Below are positions 55,681 to 64,000 of a DNA stretch of 64,000 nucleotides, one piece after another. How positions within the stretch are numbered: the stretch's first letter is position 1; every line of letters begins with the position of its first letter. A model generated the notes under the pieces. It worked only from the letters and a program-made list of their open reading frames with translations, did no database searches and had not been told where the DNA came from. This stretch comes from Escherichia coli (GTDB taxonomy: Bacteria; Pseudomonadota; Gammaproteobacteria; Enterobacterales; Enterobacteriaceae): assembly GCF_022846255.1 (NCBI RefSeq), contig NZ_AP025682.1. The stretch is one strand, 5' to 3'. A program made the translations under genes and the position numbers.

Positions 55681-56118
55681 ATGGACAACAAAATATCAAC
55701 CTATTCTCCGGCATTCAGTATTGTGTCATGGATAGCTCTCGTTGGTGGTATCGTTACCTATCTGTTAGGGCTATGGAATGCAGAGATGCAGTTAAATGAA
55801 AAAGGATATTATTTTGCCGTACTGGTATTAGGACTGTTTTCTGCGGCGTCTTATCAAAAGACCGTTCGGGACAAGTATGAAGGCATACCGACCACCTCCA
55901 TTTATTATATGACCTGCCTGACTGTCTTTATTATCTCTGTTGCGTTACTGATGGTAGGTCTGTGGAATGCAACGTTATTACTCAGCGAGAAAGGTTTTTA
56001 TGGACTGGCTTTCTTCTTAAGCTTGTTTGGTGCAGTAGCGGTGCAGAAGAATATTCGTGATGCCGGAATAAACCCACCAAAAGAAACACAGGTTACCCAG
56101 GAAGAATACAGCGAATAA
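55681..56118 (+). CDS. yiaA: Inner membrane protein YiaA (145 aa)
   Basis: [101 protein letters not shown]...; the track start is a GTG one codon upstream. Confidence 0.85.
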
Positions 56119-56125
56119 TTCACAT

Positions 56126-56159
56126 AAGCCCGGTCAGTCCAATGTGACCGGGCTTTTAC
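56126..56159. terminator. Bidirectional hairpin terminator between convergent yiaA and wecH
   Basis: aagcccggtca ... tgaccgggctt, a perfect 11-bp stem, followed by ttact. Confidence 0.65.
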
Positions 56160-57155
56160 TTAACTCACTAGTCTGTTTCTGTCGATTCGTTGTACCAGCA
56201 TAGAAAGTAACAAACTCGCTGCCAACGTCGCGCAAAAGATCCAAATAATATCGAGTATTGGCCAGTTTTTAAGCTCAATCCCCCGGGTGCGCAGTGCATG
56301 GATAATCAAGGCGTGGAACCCGTATATGCCCAACGAATGGCGGGAGATTAAGCCAAGTCCGCGAACGGTACGCGTATCAAGCGTGTTTTTAACCAGAGTC
56401 AATAGCGTGATTGCGCAGATAAAAACCATCGGCCCACAGTAAAGATACCAGGTATCGGCAAAATTTCCGCGCCACTGCAATTCATATAATGTCCCGCGAG
56501 AGATAATAAAAACCCCCGTCGCAAACAGTGCTGCGCACACCCACGACAGTGCTTTATGCTGTGTGTCCATCATCCCTATAGCGCGGCCCAACATGCCATA
56601 CAGGATGTAGTAAAAAGTATCGCCATTGATATATAAGTTAATTGGCAGCCATTCAAAACCGTCAATTTTCTGCGGCACTGTGTTTGGGTTAGCGATAATA
56701 CCAATCACCACCATTAGCACCAGCAACATTTTTCCGCCGACGTTCTTCACCTGAATCAGCGGTGAAACCAGATAAATCACCGCAATCGCGAAGAAAAACC
56801 ATAAGTGGTAAAACACTGGCTTTTGCAGCAGGTTTTTCAGCGCTAACTCCACATTGATGGAGGTAAACAGCGCAATGTAGAGCAGTGCGATTGCGCTATA
56901 AAAAAGCAGACATAAGCCGATACGCAAGAAATGGCGCGGCTGGGCGCTGCGTTCGCCAAAAAAGAGATAGCCGGAAATCATGAAAAATAGCGGCACGCTG
57001 ACACGAGAGGCAGAATTCAGAACATTGGCGATATCCCAGGTGACGGGGCTAACACTATGAGCATTGGTCACATACCAGGTAGTGGTGTGAATCATCACCA
57101 CCATTAAACACGCTATCCCTCGCAGGTTATCAATCCAGTAAATTTTGGGCTGCAT
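56160..57155 (-). CDS. wecH: O-acetyltransferase WecH (331 aa)
   Basis: [97 protein letters not shown]... (acyltransferase-3 family, multi-pass membrane). Confidence 0.95.
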   Translation of the reverse strand: MQPKIYWIDNLRGIACLMVVMIHTTTWYVTNAHSVSPVTWDIANVLNSASRVSVPLFFMISGYLFFGERSAQPRHFLRIGLCLLFYSAIALLYIALFTSINVELALKNLLQKPVFYHLWFFFAIAVIYLVSPLIQVKNVGGKMLLVLMVVIGIIANPNTVPQKIDGFEWLPINLYINGDTFYYILYGMLGRAIGMMDTQHKALSWVCAALFATGVFIISRGTLYELQWRGNFADTWYLYCGPMVFICAITLLTLVKNTLDTRTVRGLGLISRHSLGIYGFHALIIHALRTRGIELKNWPILDIIWIFCATLAASLLLSMLVQRIDRNRLVS

Positions 57156-57329
57156 CTGTGTCTCTGTATCTGGTTAAAAAAAGTCTGACCGATAAATCAT
57201 TCGGTTGGCGCACTGGAATAATCTGAGTTTTATCACTACAGCTTATAGAGGCTTAAGGAAATTCGTAAGATATCAGCCACTATACCGATATAAATAATAA
57301 GACTCACCTGCAAACCAGACGGTAATTTA

Positions 57330-57638
57330 ATGATGATGAACTCTTTCTTTCCGGCAATGGCGCTTATGGTGCTTATGGCGCTAGTGGGTTGTTCTACACC
57401 GCCACCCGTGCAGAAAGCACAACGGGTAAAGGTTGATCCTCTGCGTTCGTTGAATATGGAAGCGTTATGCAAGGATCAGGCGGCGAAACGTTATAACACC
57501 GGCGAGCAAAAAATCGACGTCACCGCATTTGAACAGTTCCAGGGAAGCTACGAAATGCGCGGTTATACCTTCCGTAAAGAGCAGTTTGTCTGTTCTTTTG
57601 ACGCAGATGGCCATTTTTTGCATCTTTCCATGCGTTAA
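57330..57638 (+). CDS. ysaB: Lipoprotein YsaB (about 99-102 aa; start ambiguous among three consecutive ATGs)
   Basis: MMMNSFFPAMALMVLMALVGCSTPPPVQKAQRVKVDPLRSLNMEALCKDQAAKRYNTGEQKIDVTAFEQFQGSYEMRGYTFRKEQFVCSFDADGHFLHLSMR; lipobox LVGC. Confidence 0.85.
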   Translation: MMMNSFFPAMALMVLMALVGCSTPPPVQKAQRVKVDPLRSLNMEALCKDQAAKRYNTGEQKIDVTAFEQFQGSYEMRGYTFRKEQFVCSFDADGHFLHLSMR

Positions 57639-57732
57639 GCCCTGCTTTTTCCCGTTTCGTACTGTATATCTTCCATCCAGCGGGTATACTGATCCCTTCC
57701 TTTAAATCCACACGTATCCAGCACGAAATAAT

Positions 57733-58644
57733 ATGCAAAAGTTTGATACCAGGACCTTCCAGGGCTTGATCCTGACCTTACAGGATTACTGGGCTCGCCA
57801 GGGCTGCACCATTGTTCAACCATTGGACATGGAAGTCGGCGCGGGAACCTCTCACCCAATGACCTGTCTGCGCGCGCTGGGGCCAGAACCGATGGCGGCT
57901 GCTTATGTTCAGCCTTCTCGTCGCCCGACCGATGGTCGCTACGGCGAAAACCCCAACCGTTTACAGCACTACTATCAGTTCCAGGTGGTCATTAAGCCAT
58001 CGCCGGACAATATTCAGGAGCTGTACCTTGGTTCTCTGAAAGAGCTGGGCATGGACCCGACCATCCACGACATCCGTTTCGTGGAAGATAACTGGGAAAA
58101 CCCGACGCTGGGTGCCTGGGGGCTGGGCTGGGAAGTGTGGCTGAACGGCATGGAAGTGACGCAGTTCACTTACTTCCAGCAGGTTGGTGGTCTGGAGTGT
58201 AAACCGGTTACCGGCGAGATCACCTACGGTCTGGAACGTCTGGCAATGTACATTCAGGGCGTAGACAGCGTTTACGACCTGGTCTGGAGCGACGGCCCGC
58301 TGGGTAAAACCACCTATGGCGACGTGTTCCATCAGAACGAAGTGGAGCAGTCCACTTACAACTTCGAATACGCGGATGTGGACTTCCTGTTCACCTGCTT
58401 TGAGCAGTACGAGAAAGAAGCGCAGCAGCTGCTGGCGCTGGAAAATCCGCTGCCGCTGCCAGCCTACGAGCGTATTCTGAAAGCCGCCCACAGCTTCAAC
58501 CTGCTGGATGCGCGTAAAGCCATCTCCGTCACCGAGCGTCAGCGCTATATTCTGCGCATTCGCACCCTGACCAAAGCAGTGGCAGAAGCATACTACGCTT
58601 CCCGTGAAGCCCTCGGCTTCCCGATGTGCAACAAAGATAAGTAA
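57733..58644 (+). CDS. glyQ: Glycine--tRNA ligase alpha subunit (303 aa)
   Basis: [102 protein letters not shown]... Confidence 0.97.
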
Positions 58645-58653
58645 GAGGCGGCT

Positions 58654-60723
58654 ATGTCTGAGAAAACTTTTCTGGTGGAAATCGGCACTGAAGAGCTGCC
58701 ACCAAAAGCACTGCGCAGCCTGGCTGAGTCCTTTGCTGCGAACTTTACTGCGGAGCTGGATAACGCTGGCCTCGCACACGGCACCGTTCAATGGTTTGCT
58801 GCTCCGCGTCGTCTGGCGCTTAAAGTAGCTAACCTGGCGGAAGCGCAACCGGATCGTGAAATCGAAAAACGCGGCCCGGCGATTGCCCAGGCGTTCGACG
58901 CTGAAGGCAAACCGAGCAAAGCGGCAGAAGGCTGGGCGCGTGGTTGCGGTATTACCGTTGACCAGGCTGAGCGTCTGACTACCGATAAAGGCGAATGGCT
59001 GCTGTATCGCGCCCACGTGAAGGGCGAAAGCACTGAAGCACTGCTGCCGAATATGGTTGCGACTTCGCTGGCGAAACTGCCGATCCCGAAACTGATGCGT
59101 TGGGGTGCAAGCGACGTGCACTTCGTGCGTCCGGTGCACACCGTGACCCTGCTGCTGGGCGACAAAGTTATTCCGGCTACCATTCTGGGCATTCAGTCCG
59201 ATCGCGTGATTCGCGGCCACCGCTTTATGGGCGAGCCGGAATTCACTATCGACAATGCTGATCAGTATCCGGAAATTCTGCGTGAGCGCGGGAACGTCAT
59301 CGCCGATTACGAAGAACGTAAGGCGAAGATTAAAGCCGATGCCGAAGAAGCAGCACGTAAGATTGGCGGTAACGCTGACTTAAGCGAAAGCCTGCTGGAA
59401 GAAGTGGCTTCGCTGGTGGAGTGGCCGGTCGTTCTGACCGCAAAATTCGAAGAGAAATTCCTCGCGGTGCCGGCTGAAGCGCTGGTTTACACCATGAAAG
59501 GTGACCAGAAATACTTCCCGGTGTATGCGAACGACGGCAAACTGCTGCCGAACTTTATCTTCGTTGCCAACATCGAATCGAAAGATCCGCAGCAGATTAT
59601 CTCCGGTAACGAGAAAGTCGTTCGTCCGCGTCTGGCGGATGCCGAGTTCTTCTTCAACACCGACCGTAAAAAACGTCTGGAAGATAACCTGCCGCGCCTG
59701 CAAACCGTGTTGTTTCAGCAACAGCTGGGTACACTGCGCGACAAAACTGACCGCATTCAGGCGCTGGCTGGCTGGATTGCTGAACAGATTGGCGCTGACG
59801 TTAACCACGCAACCCGTGCGGGCCTGCTGTCCAAGTGCGACCTGATGACCAACATGGTCTTCGAGTTCACCGACACCCAGGGCGTTATGGGGATGCACTA
59901 CGCGCGTCACGATGGCGAAGCGGAAGATGTGGCAGTGGCGCTGAACGAGCAGTATCAGCCGCGCTTTGCCGGTGATGACCTGCCGTCTAACCCGGTAGCC
60001 TGTGCGCTGGCGATTGCTGACAAGATGGATACTCTGGCGGGTATCTTCGGTATCGGCCAGCATCCGAAAGGCGACAAAGACCCGTTTGCGTTGCGTCGTG
60101 CCGCACTTGGCGTGCTGCGTATTATCGTTGAGAAGAACCTCAATCTTGACCTGCAAACCCTGACCGAAGAAGCAGTGCGTCTGTATGGCGATAAGCTGAC
60201 TAATGCCAACGTGGTTGATGATGTTATCGACTTTATGCTCGGTCGCTTCCGCGCCTGGTATCAGGACGAAGGTTACACCGTTGATACCATCCAGGCGGTA
60301 CTGGCGCGTCGTCCGACTCGTCCGGCTGATTTCGATGCCCGTATGAAAGCGGTATCGCACTTCCGTACCCTGGAAGCAGCTGCAGCACTGGCGGCGGCGA
60401 ACAAGCGTGTATCTAACATTCTGGCGAAATCTGACGAAGTGCTGAGCGACCGCGTGAATGCCTCTACTCTGAAAGAGCCGGAAGAAATTAAACTGGCGAT
60501 GCAGGTTGTGGTGCTACGTGACAAGCTAGAGCCGTACTTTGCTGAAGGTCGTTACCAGGATGCGCTGGTCGAACTGGCTGAGCTGCGTGAACCGGTTGAT
60601 GCCTTCTTCGATAAAGTGATGGTCATGGTTGATGACAAAGAATTGCGAATCAACCGTCTTACCATGCTGGAGAAACTGCGCGAATTATTCCTGCGAGTTG
60701 CGGATATTTCGCTGTTGCAGTAA
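58654..60723 (+). CDS. glyS: Glycine--tRNA ligase beta subunit (689 aa)
   Basis: [100 protein letters not shown]... Confidence 0.97.
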   Translation: MSEKTFLVEIGTEELPPKALRSLAESFAANFTAELDNAGLAHGTVQWFAAPRRLALKVANLAEAQPDREIEKRGPAIAQAFDAEGKPSKAAEGWARGCGITVDQAERLTTDKGEWLLYRAHVKGESTEALLPNMVATSLAKLPIPKLMRWGASDVHFVRPVHTVTLLLGDKVIPATILGIQSDRVIRGHRFMGEPEFTIDNADQYPEILRERGNVIADYEERKAKIKADAEEAARKIGGNADLSESLLEEVASLVEWPVVLTAKFEEKFLAVPAEALVYTMKGDQKYFPVYANDGKLLPNFIFVANIESKDPQQIISGNEKVVRPRLADAEFFFNTDRKKRLEDNLPRLQTVLFQQQLGTLRDKTDRIQALAGWIAEQIGADVNHATRAGLLSKCDLMTNMVFEFTDTQGVMGMHYARHDGEAEDVAVALNEQYQPRFAGDDLPSNPVACALAIADKMDTLAGIFGIGQHPKGDKDPFALRRAALGVLRIIVEKNLNLDLQTLTEEAVRLYGDKLTNANVVDDVIDFMLGRFRAWYQDEGYTVDTIQAVLARRPTRPADFDARMKAVSHFRTLEAAAALAAANKRVSNILAKSDEVLSDRVNASTLKEPEEIKLAMQVVVLRDKLEPYFAEGRYQDALVELAELREPVDAFFDKVMVMVDDKELRINRLTMLEKLRELFLRVADISLLQ

Positions 60724-60736
60724 TAACGTCGTTATT

Positions 60737-60767
60737 AAAAAGCCTGCCATCTGGCAGGCTTTTTTAT
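60737..60767 (+). terminator. Rho-independent terminator of glyQS
   Basis: aaaaagcctgccatctggcaggcttttttat: GC stem agcctgcca / tggcaggct followed by a T run. Confidence 0.8.
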
Positions 60768-61044
60768 CGCTAAATAATAGAGCAACCTTTAATAATCTTC
60801 TGCTGAATAAAGATTGTCTCATATATTAATTTTATGAGATTTTTTTAGGATTATATCAAGGAGAAGAAACGAACTTATTAAGCTAGAATAGCCACGGGTG
60901 CTTGAGACTGTTTGTCTCAGGTATTCACCGAAAGGCAGACAGAGAAAAGCCCCACCTGACTATAAATCAAAGTGAGGCCCCTCTATGCATAGACACCATA
61001 AGGTTAGCCTCTTACTCGTTGGAAATCAACACAGGGGGCTGGGA

Positions 61045-61197
61045 ATGCCGCAGAAATATAGATTACTTTCTTTAATAGTGATTTGTTTCACGCTTTTATT
61101 TTTCACCTGGATGATAAGAGATTCACTGTGTGAATTGCATATTAAACAGGAGAGTTATGAGCTGGCGGCGTTTTTAGCCTGCAAATTGAAAGAGTAA
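61045..61197 (+). CDS. hokA: Hok-family type I toxin HokA (50 aa)
   Basis: MPQKYRLLSLIVICFTLLFFTWMIRDSLCELHIKQESYELAAFLACKLKE: single transmembrane helix plus conserved C-terminal region typical of Hok/Gef peptides; located between glyS and cspA. Confidence 0.85.
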   Translation: MPQKYRLLSLIVICFTLLFFTWMIRDSLCELHIKQESYELAAFLACKLKE

Positions 61198-61203
61198 GCG
61201 TCT

Positions 61204-61231
61204 TCGGCGGGAAATTATTCCCGCCTTTCTT
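61204..61231 (+). terminator. 3' terminal hairpin of the hokA transcript
   Basis: ggcgggaaattattcccgcc followed by tttctt. Confidence 0.6.
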
Positions 61232-61330
61232 ACGGTGTTGCGCATTCTCATTGCACCCAAATTTATTCTTCACAAAAATAATAATAGATTTTATTACGTG
61301 ATCGATTATTTATTTCCTGAAAAACAAATA

Positions 61331-61361
61331 AAAAAATCCCCGCCAAATGGCAGGGATCTTA
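61331..61361 (-). terminator. Rho-independent terminator of cspA
   Basis: On the reverse strand: atccctgcc attt ggcggggat followed by a 7-T run. Confidence 0.75.
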
Positions 61362-61384
61362 GATTCTGTGCTTTTAAGCAGAGA

Positions 61385-61597
61385 TTACAGGCTGGTTACG
61401 TTACCAGCTGCCGGGCCTTTAGCGCCGCTTTCGATGGTGAAGGACACTTTCTGACCTTCGTCCAGAGATTTGTAACCATCGTTCTGGATAGCAGAGAAGT
61501 GTACGAACACGTCTTTAGAGCCATCGTCAGGAGTGATGAAGCCGAAGCCTTTGTCAGCGTTGAACCATTTTACGATACCAGTCATTTTACCGGACAT
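61385..61597 (-). CDS. cspA: Major cold-shock protein CspA (70 aa)
   Basis: [70 protein letters not shown] (RNP1 and RNP2 motifs). Confidence 0.98.
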
Positions 61598-61757
61598 AGT
61601 GTATTACCTTTAATAATTAAGTGTGCCTTTCGGCGATATGGCGTGCTTTACAGATTTTGAAGCGTTAAAGGAATGTGCACTACGAGGGGTATCAACGATA
61701 ACTCTTGAAGGGACTTGCCTTACTACACTGCTTTAATGGTCTGTACGTCAAACCGTT
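61598..61757 (-). promoter_or_regulatory. Long cspA 5' UTR (about 160 nt) with cold-box element near its 5' end
   Basis: Reverse-strand leader begins ACGGTTTGACGTACAGAC...; cold-box motif TGACGTACAGA at about 61740-61750; a CTTAAT -10-like hexamer lies just upstream (about 61764-61769). Confidence 0.75.
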
Positions 61758-61877
61758 GATGTGCATTAAGCCACGCATTGGCGGGTGATGCAACAATTAT
61801 TTTTCATATTTATGATTAATCGGTTGGAAAACGGTCCTGTCATCAGGACCGTAAACAGCAATAAAGTGGATAAAAGT

Positions 61878-62168
61878 CTATTCCATCAACTGCTTACTTA
61901 ATGCCGGGTTGGCTTGAATCAAACGCATCAATTTTAGTTCGGCACTTGAAGGCTTCACGCGTCTGGATTCCCATTCCTTTACCATGGCGACTGATACGCC
62001 CAAAACCCGGGCGAAATCATCGATTTTTAACCCTGTCCCTTTTCGTAACTGCTCAATTTCGGTACAGGACGTTGTTCTGTGCGTCAGGGTAATTTTCTGC
62101 GTTTCATCTTTAAAAACAATCTGTTCCAGGCTGCTCAACAGCTCATGCATTGGATCTTTATATTCCAT
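61878..62168 (-). CDS. yiaG: HTH-type (XRE-like) regulator YiaG (96 aa)
   Basis: MEYKDPMHELLSSLEQIVFKDETQKITLTHRTTSCTEIEQLRKGTGLKIDDFARVLGVSVAMVKEWESRRVKPSSAELKLMRLIQANPALSKQLME. Confidence 0.93.
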   Translation of the reverse strand: MEYKDPMHELLSSLEQIVFKDETQKITLTHRTTSCTEIEQLRKGTGLKIDDFARVLGVSVAMVKEWESRRVKPSSAELKLMRLIQANPALSKQLME

Positions 62169-62601
62169 TGAAAACTCCTCAAATCACACTGCGGGATCGT
62201 GAATTGCATCGAAGCTCATTAAGAATAGTCGGGAAAAACAGACATAGCGGGGTGTAGTCAGGGCATGCTCTGGCTATGATTCGATTCAGCCAGTCATTTA
62301 GCGTGACTTATAGCCACCTAACGATCTGATAAATGCCGATATATCTCTTACCACTCCCGGTTTGTAAAGATTTCGAAAATCTAACGTTCTGCGAAGGCGT
62401 AAATCTCAGGCTACAAAAAAAGCAACGGCACTATCATTTTTTAACAATGAAACAACAAATTGACCTTGTTTCATTTTCTCCATGATTTTACCAGGAAGAT
62501 TACGTAGAAAGGGTATCCTGCAAGCCTGTCCTGGACTATCCTTGTCACGTCAGACACGCGTGTGTCGTTGTGCGCTTTTTTTGGGTGAAAGGAGTAAGAA
62601 A

Positions 62602-63312
62602 ATGGCGACAGGAAAGTCCTGCTCTCGCTGGTTTGCGCCTCTTGCGGCGTTATTAATGGTAGTTAGCCTGAGTGGGTGTTTTGATAAAGAAGGCGATCAG
62701 CGTAAAGCGTTTATCGACTTCCTGCAGAATACAGTGATGCGTAGCGGTGAACGTCTACCAACCCTGACTGCCGATCAGAAAAAACAGTTTGGTCCTTTTG
62801 TCTCTGATTACGCGATTCTGTATGGTTATTCTCAGCAGGTGAATCAGGCGATGGATTCCGGTCTGCGCCCGGTTGTAGACAGCGTTAACGCAATTCGCGT
62901 ACCGCAGGATTACGTTACGCAAAGCGGCCCACTGCGTGAAATGAACGGTTCTCTGGGCGTACTGGCGCAACAGCTGCAAAATGCGAAGTTGCAGGCCGAT
63001 GCTGCGCACTCTGCGCTAAAACAGAGCGATGACCTGAAACCGGTCTTCGATCAGGCATTCACCAAAGTGGTAACGACGCCAGCTGATGCGTTGCAACCGT
63101 TGATTCCGGCGGCACAAACTTTCACGCAACAACTGGTGATGGTTGGAGACTACATTGCTCAGCAAGGTACTCAGGTGAGCTTTGTCGCAAATGGCATCCA
63201 GTTCCCGACTTCGCAGCAGGCAAGTGAATATAACAAACTGATTGCGCCATTACCGGCACAACATCAGGCGTTTAATCAGGCCTGGACTACAGCAGTTACT
63301 GCAACCCAATAA
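62602..63312 (+). CDS. yiaF: DUF3053 lipoprotein YiaF (236 aa)
   Basis: MATGKSCSRWFAPLAALLMVVSLSGCFDKEGDQRKAFIDFLQNTVMRSGERLPTLTADQKKQFGPFVSDYAILYGYSQQVNQAMDSGL...; lipobox LSGC; GGAG ribosome-binding site; the track ORF is extended 40 codons upstream. Confidence 0.92.
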   Translation: MATGKSCSRWFAPLAALLMVVSLSGCFDKEGDQRKAFIDFLQNTVMRSGERLPTLTADQKKQFGPFVSDYAILYGYSQQVNQAMDSGLRPVVDSVNAIRVPQDYVTQSGPLREMNGSLGVLAQQLQNAKLQADAAHSALKQSDDLKPVFDQAFTKVVTTPADALQPLIPAAQTFTQQLVMVGDYIAQQGTQVSFVANGIQFPTSQQASEYNKLIAPLPAQHQAFNQAWTTAVTATQ

Positions 63313-63317
63313 AGAGT

Positions 63318-63343
63318 AAAAGCCCGAGCGATTATCGGGCTTT
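63318..63343. terminator. Bidirectional hairpin terminator between convergent yiaF and ghrB
   Basis: aaagcccga gcgattat tcgggcttt. Confidence 0.65.
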
Positions 63344-63361
63344 ACTCCACGCAGTCGCGGC

Positions 63362-64000
63362 TTAGTCCGCGACGTGCGGATTCACACAGTTCTTCTCAAC
63401 CTTTCCTTGTAACGCATCAATCAAGTTATCCACGGCACAGGCGGCCATGCCATAACGCGTCTCATGAGTGGCAGATCCAATATGCGGTACTGCGACGACG
63501 TTGGCCATTGAGAGCAACGGCGAATCTACTGACAGTGGCTCTTGTTCGAAGACATCCAGCCCGGCAGCGTGAATTTCCCCTTTCTGCAATGCAGCAATCA
63601 GTGCATTTTCATCAACCACCGGGCCACGTCCGGCATTAATGAAAATGGCGGAGGATTTCATTTTGGCGAATTGTTCTGCGCCAAACAGATGATGCGTTTC
63701 ATCAGTTAACGGCAGGATCAGGCAAACGAAATCTGACTCTTGTAACAGTGTATCCAAATCGCAGTAGCGGGCGTTGAAGCGTTCTTCTGCTTCTTTATGG
63801 TGGCGGCGCGCGTTATAGAGGATGGGCATGTTGAAGCCAAAGTGCGCACGTTGTGCCAGCGCCATGCCGATCCGTCCCATCCCGACAATGCCCAGTGTTT
63901 TATGGTGAACGTCAGTGCCGTACCAGTCCGGGCCTATGCTCGCGGTCCATTCGCCTGCTTTTACTCGTTCTGCTACCTCCACAACCCGACGAGCGGTAGA
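63362..64000 (-). CDS. ghrB: Glyoxylate/hydroxypyruvate reductase B, C-terminal ~212 codons; 5' end lies beyond the window end
   Basis: Reverse-strand translation ...[121 protein letters not shown]... (D-2-hydroxyacid dehydrogenase NAD-binding fold). Confidence 0.9.

Noticed and set aside
57961-60360. Long minus-strand ORFs (419 aa and 326 aa) across the glyQ/glyS region
   Set aside because: Antisense to glyQ and glyS, which match their known proteins over their full lengths; no ribosome-binding sites noted; composition typical of antisense frames of GC-rich genes.
60985-61044. In-frame 20-codon upstream extension of hokA (MHRHHKVSLLLVGNQHRGLG), considered as a possible mok-like frame
   Set aside because: Classic mok frames overlap hok out of frame; this extension is in frame and may simply be an upstream ATG in the leader. 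hokA is annotated from the ATG at 61045; the extension is left as an open question.

Overview
The window reads as a contiguous Escherichia coli chromosomal segment from the mtl/xyl region (roughly 80-81 min), in inverted orientation relative to the K-12 map: envC(partial)-gpmM-yibN-grxC-secB-gpsA-cysE-trmL-lldDRP-[adhesin island]-yibL-yibT-mtlRDA-yibIH-yibF-selAB-yiaY-[fic]-aldB-sgbEUH-lyxK-yiaONM-[extra gene]-yiaLK-yiaJ-ysaA-avtA-malS-bax-xylRHGF/xylAB-yiaBA-wecH-ysaB-glyQS-hokA-cspA-yiaG-yiaF-ghrB(partial). Almost all genes are dense core housekeeping or sugar-catabolism loci, identified by translating the ORF track and matching to E. coli proteins from memory; no search was run. No rRNA, tRNA, CRISPR array, IS element or prophage was seen. 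The strain is not K-12: against my recollection of the MG1655 gene order it carries (i) a two-gene island between lldP and yibL encoding a SadB-like lipoprotein and a 1543-aa UpaG/EhaG-type trimeric autotransporter adhesin with three near-identical 249-bp tandem repeats, (ii) a 431-aa class II Fic-domain protein between yiaY and aldB, preceded by two copies of a ~30-bp palindrome, (iii) an extra 306-aa gene of unknown function between yiaL and yiaM, (iv) an hokA toxin locus not interrupted by IS150, and (v) empty sites where K-12 has the RhsA element and yiaT-yiaW. I did not find a clearly novel multi-gene system; the Fic gene with its palindromes and the extra yia-operon gene are the least characterised elements. 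All start coordinates come from ORF-track arithmetic against remembered protein lengths; hairpin and motif coordinates are hand-counted and may be off by a few bases.
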